A program made the position numbers and the translations under genes. A stretch of 64,000 bases of DNA, taken from assembly GCA_025201805.1 (NCBI GenBank), contig MU619344.1, forward strand, positions 39,932 to 103,931. The letters are read 5' to 3'. The stretch comes from Parasitella parasitica NRRL 2501. Taxonomy: Eukaryota > Fungi > Mucoromycota. Below the pieces are notes generated by a model that was given only the letters and a program-made list of their open reading frames with translations, did not search any database and was not told the DNA's origin. This document shows, piece by piece, positions 12,483 through 26,091 of this stretch (position 1 is the first letter of the stretch; each line of letters opens with the position of its first letter).

Positions 12483-13643
12483 GTTTTTTTTTAATAGTAA
12501 TGGTGGGAAAAGAAAGAAAGGGTGACGTTTTGACTATTTGGAGACAGTTCACCTGGTGTTTCTAAACTGAAACAGGTGGGCGTCAAGCTCCCTATGCAAG
12601 CTTGATGATTGGGTGTATAGGCTCTTGCACTCTCCTACAAGTATGCTTTTAATCCACCACGATAAAATAAAAGAACGCATCGACGCAAAAAAGACTAAAA
12701 GTTTAAGAGTACAAACATTGGCATTGGGATATTCTTCTTACCGTATAAATAATGTACCAAATGTATCATTACTATAACATGCCAATTTAACCCGCTCTTT
12801 TTGGTCTTTGCTGCTGAGGATCTATTCATTTTGTGGATCTTCTCTCAACTGACTTGTATCTCTGGGAAGCTCTCAATGGTTTACTTCCGTAAGATATGGT
12901 GGTATAGATGAGGATATTTGCTCGCTTTAGGTGCTGCCTTCAGTACACTGAATATCAATGGTAATGTGTCTTGAGTTCCGGGTCTCTTTACTGCTGTCGA
13001 CATGATTCATTGGGGCCATCATTTACTTTCCTCTTTTCTTTCTTTGAAAAGTGTTCAACCCGACACCTTGATTCTGCCTTTATTTGATCCATAGTTCTCA
13101 AGAATACGTTATAAAATACATTTTGATATAAAATAAACGTGTCGACGGTATGACTTATGCAGAAGATGGGAAGGTTTAGGGCAGCACAACTATTGATGTA
13201 AGAATATATACATAAAACCCCTTTTTTGATTTATCATAATAATGTATCACGTCTTAGCTCAGTGATGACAAGTGAGTCAAATATATAGATGTTGCTTATG
13301 TGTGCCACTGAGCGTACCCATCTATTCAAACCTCGTTTCCAAAAAACAACAACACATATATCCTAAATGTGGGGTGGTGATACACTCATTTAAGATACTA
13401 TCTGTATGGGATTTCGATAGATACCTTTTGTCTCTATTGCTCCAGTATGATAATCTTTCATTCATAGCTGATCCATGTATAGTATTAATTACTGTTACTA
13501 TATTCAAATATTTTATTTTCTTTTTTTCTCTCCATTCTTAGCATTCTCCCATTTCTTAATCCATGGTTCTTGTAGAACAAGAAATATTTGCATGTATAAA
13601 TATCCAATATTCTTAATTGATCATTCCTTTTATTCAGTCATAT

Positions 13644-14414
13644 ATGATTATGGCAATCAAATATCAACTTATATCCTCGAATACTACAACAACATTAGAT
13701 ATTCTTCCTGCTGAAATTGTTATTCTTATTTTTTCACAACATGCAATCTGTTTAAAAACACTAAAAACGCTAATGTCCGTATCGAGAAAAATGCGACACC
13801 TTGGTATCTATGTTCTTGTGCATAGCCGACTACCTGCGACAATATTATCAGTAACTATAGGCCAAGAAGGAAAAAGTCAAGTAACAACACGATTTCAATT
13901 TAATCATTTCTGTCCCATAACCTTTAATATGCTATATACTTCAAGTCAACCTACAGCAAGGCGCTATTATACTGATAAAGCATATCCTGTTGTACATTCC
14001 ATGTCAATAGAAGTTGCCCGTCTTGCACAATTTTCGTTAGCATCATCCTCGGCAATTTTGGTTGGAAGATACCCTTCATCCATTGCAAAGCGACCAAATC
14101 TCACAGCCAAATTGTCTGATCCAGCTTCTGTGTATCACTGTGGTAACACGAAAAAGTTATCTGCACAGAAAGAAGGCTTCCACATTCTTCAAGTACCACC
14201 TTATTCGGCCAACCACAGAACTTTCTGGAAATTAGCTTACAGAATTACGAATAAACACAAAGCAGAATACTATCTGACACCGATCAACGTTAGCATTGGA
14301 TTCCAGCATTTGTTGAAGCTAGAGGCCTTAAATAGTTGTAATCCCAACATAGAAAAGACATATTCTGAAAAAATATTGAATAAATTAAAGGATTGTGTTA
14401 TTTCGATCTTTTGA
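13644..14414 (+). CDS. F-box-like hypothetical protein
   Basis: ORF of ~256 aa from ATG 13644; N-terminal LDILPAEIVILIF...LMSVSRKMR resembles an F-box. Confidence 0.6.
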   Translation: MIMAIKYQLISSNTTTTLDILPAEIVILIFSQHAICLKTLKTLMSVSRKMRHLGIYVLVHSRLPATILSVTIGQEGKSQVTTRFQFNHFCPITFNMLYTSSQPTARRYYTDKAYPVVHSMSIEVARLAQFSLASSSAILVGRYPSSIAKRPNLTAKLSDPASVYHCGNTKKLSAQKEGFHILQVPPYSANHRTFWKLAYRITNKHKAEYYLTPINVSIGFQHLLKLEALNSCNPNIEKTYSEKILNKLKDCVISIF

Positions 14415-14694
14415 TATGTAATTAAACAATCAATCATAACGTGTATAAATGTATACCCGAAACTATAGTATGAATTGATCCAACATATCCGTTTAAGCAA
14501 CCTGAAAATGGTAATGGCACGCTAGATATTACTGTGAAGAGGCTTTATTGGAAAACAGTAGTTACACATAATGTTAACACAAAATATTAATATATGTCAA
14601 GAACTGGGGATACATGTAATTATTTTTATAAATTCCAGAGATAAGGATATACACACTGTCATTAAATTAAAATTGTCAATAAGCTACAACTAAA

Positions 14695-17019
14695 TTAAGG
14701 GTTACGTTTTGGTTGGAAAAACAAAGATCTCTTTTGCTTCTTGTCTTCTTGATTTGACTTTTCTTGATTTGTTTTCCGTTTTTTCACAGCAGTTTTCCAC
14801 TGTGTTGGCGAGGCGTTTAAAGCAGAAGTATTAGAGAGTGATGAAGACAAACGATTTTGCTGGAGCTGTTGTCTCTCCTCGTTCATAAGGTCCATAGCAA
14901 AATGATAATCCGAGTGCTCTTCGACTGAAGTGATGAAAACATTTTGTTTACATTTTTCGCAAGGATACGTTTCTCCCGACTGTTCCTGGATGAAAAAAAA
15001 CCCTCCTTGTGTGCCGTTGCTTTTACTGTTGTGGGCCATGCTTGTTTCAAGTCTTGCATGTGACGAATTATCTTCTTTGCCATTTGCGCTGTGTGCACTA
15101 CTCTCTTTCGATTTAGTAAAGAACTGATTTATAGTGTGCGATTTTACTGATTCGTCAAAAGATAGATTTGAAGCCATTAGATCAAGGCCAATGCAAGGAT
15201 ACCCGTCTTCCAGTGAGTTGTACAAAGCTTCGAACCTCTTGGCAAGTGTTTCTATATAACATTGATAGTGAAATTAGATGTGGGATCAGTGAACCATACA
15301 TACACGTAGGCAGTTTATGTCTCTGCTTTTACCATGTGTCTTCATATCATCTCGAGAAAATGTGCCTAAACCCTTTGATCTGTAGGTAGAGTGAATCAGT
15401 GTGGCATATTTAAGAGCGATAGCTTTTGGCCATGTCCCATATTCATTGTAATGTTGAATAATGCGACGATGTAGTTCAGCTGCAAGTATCGTAAACCATT
15501 TGCGTAGGTCTTGCGATTGTTTGATAGGAACTGTAAATGTTTTAGCGGCCATGAGCGACTTTGGTGCTTTACTCGGAAGAACTATCAGGTTTTTCATCAG
15601 AATCGATGATTCCATGTTGGACATTTCAATGTTGATATACCCTCTTCATGATCAATACCACGACAAATATTGTACAAAAAAGTGCCTGTAGATTGTCCAA
15701 ATTGCCGTTGAAGAGAATCCATAGAATGGCTCCTACAATATAACGTAAATAAAGTTTCTCGTTGCATTGAATGTAGCAAGTCGAATATTTACCAAAGCTC
15801 GCTTGCATTCTCTATATTTAGATCTTCCACAACTTCGTTGCCCAATTTCCCACCTAGATTTCTTATTTTGTTGAATGGTGTTTCACACATGAAATTGAGC
15901 CTTGCTGATTCTCGTAAAATAGTCTATGTAGATGAAATCACCAATTTAAGCTTTTGTTTAATGAGAGAACAAGCTATGGGAATGGCCTCACCTGTTTATT
16001 TGGTTTATTTTTGCTGGAGCATAATTTAGCAACCACTTTATAGTGAGCAATACCTAGTTGATGACATGAGTGTCTGGAAAAAAAGATGTATAGATAGATA
16101 TGAATAGATGCCTACCTGCCGAGCAGAAATATTTCAATTTATCGTACACTTCTTGTCTGATCTCTGCAGCTAATTCAGCGCCCAAAGCCAATTGCAAATC
16201 TTGCCAGGTAGTTGGGTTCCAATGCTCGTGCTCAGGGGAATCAAGGTTGACAGGATTTAATCGTCTTTGCTTTTCCTCTTTTGATTCGATTAAACATCCA
16301 AGCTTATCCCAATTCACATACACACCACATTCCTCATCTTGCAGTCTATCCAGCAATTCTGGCATTTTTTCAATGTATCTTTTAATTAGACGCTGGTTAA
16401 CGGTATCTGTAACATCCATGAAACCCTCGTCAGTACCAATTTTCTGGACCTTATTACAGTGCTTGTGAAAAATTTTAAATATATCTCTTGATGCATTTCG
16501 ATAAGCATCTAGTGACACCTTGTGCGTATTTCGATTTGGATTTTTGTAGTATTTGGGCTCTGTGTCATTCTCGGCGTACGTTGCTACATGTAAGAGTTGT
16601 ATTTCTGGGCAAAGCTTTTTCGCTTCTGTTACGTTTGTCATCTTCTTGATCCCTTTTTCTCTCGCCGCATAATTTACTAAATATACCAAGATTGATTAGG
16701 GCCATTGCCGTCGAGTAGGAAGGTAGATGTGTTTGTGTATGATACCTGCAATTAATCCATGCCATTGTTGTACTGCAGCTGGTGTATCAAACGGAATACC
16801 TAGTCTAACTTGCTCTAATCAAGCTTGTTATTAGGTCGCTGTTTCACAACCAAGTCAATATTTTTCTAGTTACCAACTTGGCAATAAAAACAGTCTAAAA
16901 TTGACAGAATGGAAAGTTTAGCATCATCATGTCGATAAATCACATTGTAACAAGCAAATACCCAAATCAATGTGCAATATACAGCGAGAATTCTTTAATG
17001 TGGCAGGCAAAGCATTCAT
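14695..17019 (-). CDS. RAD30: DNA polymerase eta (Y family), multi-exon with a 21-nt microexon
   Basis: Spliced ILHIDL-DCFYCQV-EQ, AVQQW, LIAVNYAA, KVSLDAYR, GTDEGFMD; C-terminal UBZ3 zinc finger CEKC...EEHSDYHFA and PIP-like KRSLFF. Confidence 0.93.
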
Positions 17020-17197
17020 TTTGATGGAGAAAGATGAATTTAAGAAAACAAAAGGAAAGACAAAAATGTTACGAAAAGATGGAATCCAACACTTCTTTTC
17101 TTTACGTGACTATATCGCGAACTATTTATTTGATTTTTTTTAAGTGAATGGAAGGTATTTAACTATGAATTAGAGTTGACAGAAAAAAGAGGGTGAT

Positions 17198-17478
17198 TTA
17201 ACACTTGCAGGCAGAACCGCAATCGCATTCTATAGAGAAACAGATTAAGAGGAGGCAAGAACAGAGGTTAGTAAGACAGAGACGACGCGTTACAACATTC
17301 AAATACGGGCAGTACCTTTACCGCTTGCTATTCAAAAAGCAATTAATAAAAAACTCACTTTCAGTCATATTCCACACTTACCTTTACAAGAGCAAGTCTC
17401 TTTTTCCTGTTTGTTGCAGTTTTCACAAGCACAATCGGAACCACACTTGCAATCCTTAGCGCTGGCACAACTAGACAT
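17198..17478 (-). CDS. Metallothionein, 46 aa, 12 Cys, three coding exons (17478-17382, 17327-17316, 17229-17198)
   Basis: GT-AG splicing gives MSSCASAKDCKCGSDCACENCNKQEKETCSCKASGKECDCGSACKC* (141 nt, in frame); five CxC motifs, no aromatic residues; upstream TATAAAAG on the minus strand near 17640. Confidence 0.88.
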
Positions 17479-19704
17479 TGGTCGTTACTGTCTTGCTTTT
17501 GTTTCTCCCATCGTTCAATAGATCTAAACACTTACGAACAGGTTTCTTTAGTTTTACAGGGACAAGCCATTTTGGGATTTATTTGATGTTTTTTCAGATT
17601 AGAGAAAAAGAAGAAATCCTATTCAGCTTTCTGCCCTCTTTTATATTATTTATTTCAATATCAGCCTTGTATGTATTGAAACATCACCATCATCTGGTAG
17701 AGAGTACCTTGAAGGTTATTACCACATGATGATATCGAAACAAGTTATTATTACTTACTCTTGCGTCAATTATTTCGCAATAGATGCACACTATCCTGGA
17801 GTTCCCTTGGAAACTAACCAATTTCATTATTGACTTTTCAAATAAAAGATATTTGTATACTGAAAGCCTAATTGTGTTTAGTTCAAGCACAATCTGCTCA
17901 TCATTTGAGCGGCCCAATTATTGAAACCTCGGAATAAAGCACATTTTGCTCACACACAATGACTTCAGCGAAAAAGGCAATTTTTATATGCATGATATTT
18001 TTCCATATTGCATGAAACAATCACACACAAAATATTACTTTTTTTACAGCGAGCCTTTCCAATGACTTTGCGTTCATTTATACTAGTACAATTTTCTGAT
18101 AATATGCTGTAATCGAGTAAATTTAAAACGTATGCTTTTAATCAATTCTACAAGCGTTGATTGTTCATGGCAAATTTTTTAGCAAAAATCATACCATTCA
18201 TTAAAATAGATTTAATACACTCAAGCTTTTGAAAGATTTCTTTCCTTGAAGACAGCATGGATCGGGGTTTAAACATCAGAGCAGAAACTGCTGGATTTTG
18301 GTTCCACCTCGATCCTGAAATTGGTTTTTGGACAATTTGTCGCCAAGAACGGAACTCAATCAACAAGGATGTTTTAATCTTTACTGCATCAATTAATTTG
18401 CTCTATCGAACTATATTATTTACACAAGTATTGGTCCATTATATCAAAAGTAATTCAGAAAAGTCAACAAGACGGTTTTTTGAGGAAAAGTTCAATATTA
18501 TTATAAATACTATGCAAACATTATGCGTCCATGTGGAAGATCGAGTTCTGGGACCATTTTCTACATGAACATATCAAATCGAAAAATGTCGATTTTGAGC
18601 CTAATTTTTTAATTTTGTCTAAAAGGCCATTTTTGCCTTGTATTTGTAGACAAAAAATGCAAGAAAATCAACAGGGAAAAAAGCATCTTCAATATGGATA
18701 AAATTAATACATATGATGTATCCTTATCCTAGATGACTGGTGAGCACGTTTGTGAGCTTCAAAACATTAAAAAAATTATGAAACAAGGGGGCTATTATAA
18801 CAAGAAATGCAAATTTGATGTTTAATCACATAGTAAACAAAGGCAAGCGAGTTTTTTCATGTTTTTCAAGTTGTTTTAAGCAGGAACAACCAAGTTTATT
18901 TAAGAGTTGATTTAAAGCGGTTCTGTTCAGGGGTGGTTTTCGTGCTACTGTATACCAGCGTTGGTCAGACCATCAAATTGAAGAAAATCAGTGATTTTAT
19001 TTAGTAGACGGAGGGCTCAAAAAGCTTTTTATTTACGAAGGATATAACATTGCGTTTATTTAGAGTATGTTTCATGCCCTTGTTGTACGATTTAGCTCCT
19101 TTCCTGTGCTAATATGTAATACATACGATGGCCGATGCTTGACTTTTAACATCGGCAGCTCTTTGCGGTATTTTCTGCTCATATTGGCACCTTCTATTAA
19201 TTTGAAAAGGGGGTTGATTGTGCACATCTTTTTGTGCATGATAGCAAAGGGAAGGTTTAATACTTTGTAGTATCCCCTTACAGGCACAGTAAAGCTTAAA
19301 TTTTGATTGTGCAGATTTACATTTATAGTCATTCCGCATCGTTCTCAAACTAACCATTTATGATGCTTCCGATCGACGCTTAATATACTATTCTTTCATC
19401 TTCTTTTTAACCAGCCCCCTTTTTATTTTGTAACTCCAGTAATAACAGTAATATGTAGACGCAGCGAAAACAGTTTCATCCAACCTTTTAAAACATGGTG
19501 TATGTATCTCCTGAATCTTCGATAACAATATATATAAATTATATGCACAGCAAGCTATTTATATACTGCTTATTCTGTTATTATTATACAATAGCTGTTT
19601 TAATAATTTATATAGTATAATCATGCAGCCATCATATTTGTGTATAAAACACATGTGATGGCACCCTAATGGACCATATATTGTTATAGATTGAAAGCCA
19701 CATT

Positions 19705-20838
19705 TTATTTGTTATTTGAATACATAGAACTAACTCGTTTAGATCTCGCGAATTCAGGATTTGGAGCATGATCTGAGGAAACGGTTGCATAGTCAATACA
19801 ATGTCTTGGGAATACGCCCTTGACATTTCCCTTTGATATATTCATGCCCTGACACCACCCATCGTCATACTCTGCAAAGAGTTCTATCTGATCTCCAGGA
19901 TCAATGTCTAATTCGTCACTTAATGTAGGTATAAAGGTAGCAATAACGGTGAATGTGCCAAAGGATATGATATTATCTGCATTATTCATTGCAGCGGCAG
20001 CAATAGGTAACTGCTGCTGTTGTTGTTGTTGCTGTTGTTGAATTGCCGCCTGATTGCCAGGAGAAATAGCAGCAACCTCATAGTTATCAAATGTTGCTTG
20101 ATGCTGCTGGTATACTGATTTTTGCTCTTCTTGTTGCTGGGAAAGAAACTTGTTGTACAGGTGATCGTCGTTACCAAATCCCATGGTGAAAGGATCAGCT
20201 TTGGAAGAAAGATGTGCTCTTGTCCTCTGACGAGATCTCTTTCGTTTGCGCAAAATTATGAAGGCAGCAGCTCCTATGACGACTACAGCTACAGCAGCAA
20301 TAATACCACCCACTATGCCACCTGCGGACGAAGAATCGTTACTGGAAGGTGATTGCGAGGATGCTGATGGCAGCAGAGTGGGGCTAATAGAACTTGCAGG
20401 CAGTGCAGATGTTCCTATACCTATTATGGACGTTGCATGTATCTCTGAACTCTTGGCTGTGGATCCAGACTCAGAACTGCTTGAATCTTTAGCTGTTGTT
20501 GTTGTTGATGAATGGGAGCTATTTGAAGCCACTGTTTTGGTTGTAGTTTTTAGTCCTGTTGCCGTGGTTTTTACTACTGTTTTTGCAGTGGAGGTGGCGG
20601 TGCCATTTGCTTGTTTAGACGTACCTACAAAGATCATCTGTTACTATCACTATATAGTATTTGTTTCAAGTGCTGTTTTTGCTTATGTTTGTTTGTTTGT
20701 TTATTTACTTTCAGCTTTCGTCGACGATTCTTCGGCTCTTTTTACATTATTAGGAACCCACAATGCATTTGCTGCGGAACATGAAGCTGTAGCCGCAGCT
20801 ACTACAATGGTAATCAAAGTGTTGCTGTTGATAAGCAT
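19705..20838 (-). CDS. Single-pass membrane protein: signal peptide, Ser/Thr-rich ectodomain, TM, C-terminal SH3 (Fus1/Mid2-like architecture)
   Basis: Exon 1 (20838-20709) is a hydrophobic signal; intron 20708-20625; TM GGIVGGIIAAVAVVVIGAAAFIIL followed by RKRKR; SH3 motifs FIPTLSDEL, DDGWC, GVFP. Confidence 0.85.
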
Positions 20839-21986
20839 CGAGTCAATGGAAAAGAGCAATAGCAAAAGAGTTGAAATGATCAAGGCGAATTGTTTTGGAG
20901 TATATAAATTGTATAGTTCATTTGGGAGACACAAGCGTAGTACTAAACAATAAACCAATGTACCACAGCAACGATCAATCTTAGAACGAGCTACAGTTGA
21001 AAAAATAGATCAACATGGCTAGACATAGCTTATTTTTGTCGAGACGATGTAATGCAAACAAGCTTTGTTTCATGTTTCGAACATGGCAGCGTATATGTGT
21101 TTCAAGGGGACCTGTTTAAACCTGAGTCCTTTTGTGATGAGTGAGAAAAATAGAAAGACTCGCCAGTAGGCATTGTGGGCCCATTAAACCCACATAATAT
21201 AGCATTACTTGAAACCTTATGGGTGTTAACGCCGATGACTAGGTTGTCTGCATTTCCATCAGTTGCTTATTCTAACTCACGAATTGAAACGTAAAACATT
21301 CCAAGCATGTTATTCAACAAGTGTTGCTTGATTCGACACATAATGCCGCTACTAAAAATGGTATAAACAAAACATTATGGCATGATTTGTAAAGAAATAT
21401 ATAGCTTATATAAGTTTATTTTACATACTTGCAAGGGTCGATGCATCGTTTCCTAACTATTTTATTGGATAAACACGATTTATTGTCCACAATAAGGTAA
21501 AATCAAAGCGCAACATGGAATTCTTTGCGTTTTGTTTCGCGGGCATTGCAAATTTAGCTTTTTTACACAAATCAAAACTTTAAGGATGAGTAGCTTTATT
21601 TCATATTCATTTAAATAGGGATTTGAAACCGGAAACAAGCATTTAATATGGATTTCAAGGAATACTTGACAGATAATTATCAATTTTGGAATGTCCCAGT
21701 GTAACCCAAACTTTAAATTATGGCAATTCTTATTTAGACCAAAGTTTTGTTGTACGAAAACATGGGTACATTTCTTTTATTTTTGAAGCGGTAAAGAATA
21801 AATAACTTTTTTTAATTATAAAATAAAAATGATGGTAGCTTTTTCGGTAATTTTCTGGTTAGCATTGAGAAAAGATAAAATGAATTGAGCTTTTTAGAGG
21901 CAGTATTTACAAGGGGTGCCCAGAAAAGTGTACAAATGGGATAAGCGGAGAGGATTTACAGATGATAAGACAATGGAAGGTACGGA

Positions 21987-23180
21987 TTAGAATAATGAGC
22001 TAGAGACCACAGAGTTGAGGACGCTACTAGAAGAGGTTGATGCAGGAGATGAAGGTGTAGAGGCAGAGAAGAAGGACGAGCCAAAAGAGGCCAATGTTTG
22101 ATTTAATGCAGCCATGTGAGAGTGCTCAATGTGATATTTAAGACCATTCAAGTTCTTGTAACGTTTGCCACATTCACCGATAGTGCATTGATAGGGCTTA
22201 GAAGCGATACTGTCACTGTCATCGTCGAGAAGGTTGCAATGACCATGTTGGTTATGATATTTGAGTCCATTGGGATTCTTGTACGCTTTGTCACAGCCAG
22301 AAACGGGACATTTGTAAGGTTTGTCAGCGTTGGCATCTACAATGGCGTAAATTAGCAGCTATTCAAACATGACATCAATTGTATAACTTACTTGTGTTGG
22401 CAGAGGCCAATAAAGCGCCAGCTTGTGCAAGGAAGTCCTCATCAGACATCATGGGTGTGGGAAGATCACCATTAAAAGAGGAAGCTAAAGCTATTTTTTT
22501 GGCTGCAGATTGAGTTAGCAGATCCAAAGCGGAAGGGCTGTAGGATCTCTTTTTGCCACTTGATTTTTTAACTGGCTCTTCATCTTCGACAACAGCAGTA
22601 GTTGCAGCAGTTGCAATTGAGCAAGACGAGGCGGGCAATGAAGACTGGGATGACGATGAGGTAGCATTATAAAGATCAGAGAGGTAGGCGGCAGCTCTCT
22701 TCTTAATAGTGTCGATGTTTGAGAGGCTTAATTCACTGTCGTCCAACAAGGGACTGTTGGGAGCAGTGCTGGAATCACAGCTAGGAAGAGAGGCAAATGA
22801 AAGAGAAGGCGACCATGAGTTCTCTGATTCATCATCAAATAAGCTGTTTTCGTCGTCTTCCAAGCGTACGTGACACTCTTCATAATGCTGTAAGAGATCA
22901 TGAAGGTCGTTCAAGATGAGACCACAGCAAGCAAAATCACGACAAAAAGAGGCCTCCAAATCCTTTGATTCAAATGCATCTTTGATGTCGTTTTGAGGGA
23001 CACAAAGCTGAAAATCATAGGTGCTATTAAGCAATAAGCGCGTTAGATTTCATGTGTCAAATCAAGCCCAATTGATCAGTAGTCAATTAATCACTATACT
23101 CACTCAAAATTGATGTCTTGCTTTGGAACTGTGATAGTGCTCATGCGGCGAATGGAGGTGTATTCAACAGGAACAGGCAT
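21987..23180 (-). CDS. SFP1: Sfp1-like split C2H2 zinc-finger transcription factor
   Basis: FCRDFACCG...DLHDLLQHYEECH N-terminal motif; KPYKCPVSGCDKAYKNPNGLKYHNQHGHC and KPYQCTIGECGKRYKNLNGLKYH fingers; 2 introns. Confidence 0.9.
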
Positions 23181-24822
23181 GGTTGTTTTTAGTAAGAGAG
23201 ATGAGCAGAGAGAGAGAGAAGAAAAGAAAGAAAAGCGTGTTATTACAAAAGCAATATTTGGGAATTGGAAGAGCCCTTTTTATATTTGAGAGGGTTTTTG
23301 TTTAAGAATCCCGCTCCCTTGTCTTGTGCAACCAGACACCCTCTTTCTCTCTCTCCGTCCTAAAAGCTTGTTTTTTCAACAAACGATTTGAGACAAGAGA
23401 TTGCTTTTTGCACTGTACGATTTAAGCGGGAATCAACCCCACCGTTCAAGACAAGAAAAATAGCACACCCCATATATATGCAATGTCTATAATACCTTTG
23501 TTAGCAATAAAATGCACTGGCAACATTTTCCATGTGCTTAGTTGATGTGGTATGTCGAACCACTTTTTTTTGTTTTCTTCTATTCAGAAGCTTGTCATAT
23601 AGTCTATATAGTAGTTGTATATTTTTTACAGCCTCTTCAGCCCGCCGTTTTTTTGATTGTTATATTTTGGTGGATGTTATGTGTGTAATCTGTACCCTTC
23701 TTCACCCCCTTTCTTTTTCATGTTACTCCTTGTTATGTTTGATGTACAAACAGACAATAACATTCTATCAGTTCATTTATGCTTCTCGGTAGCGTCCGAC
23801 CAGTATACGCATATACACCCTATAGGCATAATATAGCATGACATCATGTAGCTTGCTGGATTCCATAAGCTTACTACATTTGCTATCAATATCGTATGAA
23901 AAGGTAGACAAATCCCAAATAATAAAATAACCGAACTTCCGAGCTATTGCGCTCTGAGTTACACATAACCGTATTTTATTAGTAACATGGTACAGATCGT
24001 ACTAAATATCAAAATGTATGTGACATTTGTATTTTGGGAACCACACATGAACTTCATGTCTGTTTTTCTAAAAACTGATTATTTCTTCTTCTTTCAACAA
24101 AGGGGATCGGCAATACCAAATCGAGGATTGCAGACGATGTCATGTTGTGAAGTGAATTGGCGCCACTTTTAGTTCTCAATTCATATTCACCCTCTTGAGC
24201 AATGATCGGATTAGTTTATTTTGCATTATTCTATAGGCGATTTGAATTGCCTTGCTATAATAAGCACAAGCTCTCCTCAGTTGACTGTGCGCTCTATTGT
24301 AAAATATATACCAACACCATTTCAGAAGGTCTTTATTATTGGGCCGTATAGTATCGAGTGTTATGTATATAAACAAATAAACAAAGAAATATCCTATTTC
24401 CCAGATTAGTGGTAATAATAGATTGTTCTCTCTCTCGCTTTCACACACACACTCAAGTAAAACATCATGGCAGAGATAGATTGATACGTTGCTTGCTTGC
24501 AAGATCCCTTATTTTTGCTTGAATCACCGACCCCCCATGAAACATTGATTTTTGTCCAAGATATATGAAAATAGAGGGATATGTAATGTAATGCAAAGGC
24601 ACAATGTATGCATTTCTTTGTGTTTGTTATGACCCGGTGATTTGATGTGCTCACATGAGGATTGTTTTCATTATAATATATCAATTGTCATCAGTGTCAA
24701 ATCAACCGTTTGAAGTGACGGCAAGTGTGTCTAGTTGTCTATTGTGCCCAGTACTAGCCTTGTACAGCATTCCGTCGTCCGTTTTTTCCATTTTTTGCAA
24801 CGTAACCAATAGCACTGTCAAC

Positions 24823-25086
24823 ATGTCAGAAGCAAACGACAAACTAAGAGATCGTTACCTGCAGTTGTGGTTAAATGTTGTTCAATATAAGCCGCAAGCA
24901 ACCATACATTTGCATGGCAATTCAACTGTGCATGCTAAGCTGTATTCCACAGATAGCGAAAACAATAGGTTTAGAGTCGATGAGTTGAAATCACCGCTTG
25001 GCACATACGACAGAGCCATTATTCGAGGAAGTGACATTAATCTGATTGAATGGCCCGTTAATAATACATCTTACGATTCAATTTGA
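24823..25086 (+). CDS. GEMIN7: Gemin7-like Sm-fold protein (SMN complex), 87 aa
   Basis: LRDRYLQL...LHGN..VHA....TD......F.V..L.SPLG....AIIRGSDI matches the Gemin7 pattern (LRERYL..TD..F.V..L.TPIG...ALLR.SDI). Confidence 0.8.
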   Translation: MSEANDKLRDRYLQLWLNVVQYKPQATIHLHGNSTVHAKLYSTDSENNRFRVDELKSPLGTYDRAIIRGSDINLIEWPVNNTSYDSI

Positions 25087-26091
25087 CTACATCAGAGAAA
25101 ATACTAAACAGAATTTGCCAGCCAGGTATTACCGAGACCCTGATAATCTCGCGAAAACTCATCATATTTCACAAATAAAAACTCCTTAATACATTTCTAC
25201 TATCTGATAATTTATTATATACAAGTGGGCCCTGTTAATCCCAACTGCTAATTATATTATCTTTAAGATATTTATTATAAAACCCTTTAATTTTGTGTAT
25301 TCTGGTCCTACAAGGCAATTATTCGGCTATTAAACTCAAATTTTTGAAACGGCTAAATCCATTACATGGAAAATATAGCTATTATAATATATCCACTAAC
25401 CAAAGATAAATATTGAAATAAACTTTGTTAAATGTTGGATAAAATATTCAGTAAACCTTTTTCATTAAAAGTGAGGTGATTTTCAGGGAAAGAAAATTCT
25501 AAACTAGACACTATTTTTTAGCTAAATTATCGTGGAAAAAAAACAAAAGTATTCTATGGTTACATCTCTCCTCCCTCGGTATCGTCTGGATTAATTTAAT
25601 AAATGATTGACTATCCATGTAGCTGCGCCAGTTAGATTTTATACTATTACCAAGCTATTGATCGGGGGACAAAAGCAAGTTTCACCGTAATAGCTTAGGA
25701 GACGCCATTGATCAACCTAAAAAAAAACCAATATCATTAAGGGTTTGATGAACCTGATATTTCAATAATCCCCCTCCCCACTGTTAGCCTTCCAACCTAT
25801 TTTTTCGTTTAAATTAAAAGTAGCATATGGCTTTACATTACCTCCATCCCCAATTTTCTTCAGCCTAAATACTTCTTTCGTCTTTGCACAAACTCAATGT
25901 TCAATGTTACACCGGTAGTTGTCAATTATCGAATTTTGCTTCAGACTACATAGAAACTTTCATTGCATAATCCTGATGGCACTATTTGCAAGATTTACTA
26001 TTTGTGATGTATTAGTGTCGACAATTAGCTTGAATAGCAAGATAGGCCCTGTAAAACGAGAAAATGATTTTTTCATCAAGTAAGCAAAATG

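Noticed and set aside
17948-18757. Inverted-repeat element in the 17.7-19.4 kb intergenic region
   Set aside because: Only two short, imperfect reverse-complement matches; termini and TSD could not be defined by eye.
20246-20953. 235-aa plus-strand ORF
   Set aside because: Antisense shadow of the Ser/Thr-rich SH3 membrane protein gene.
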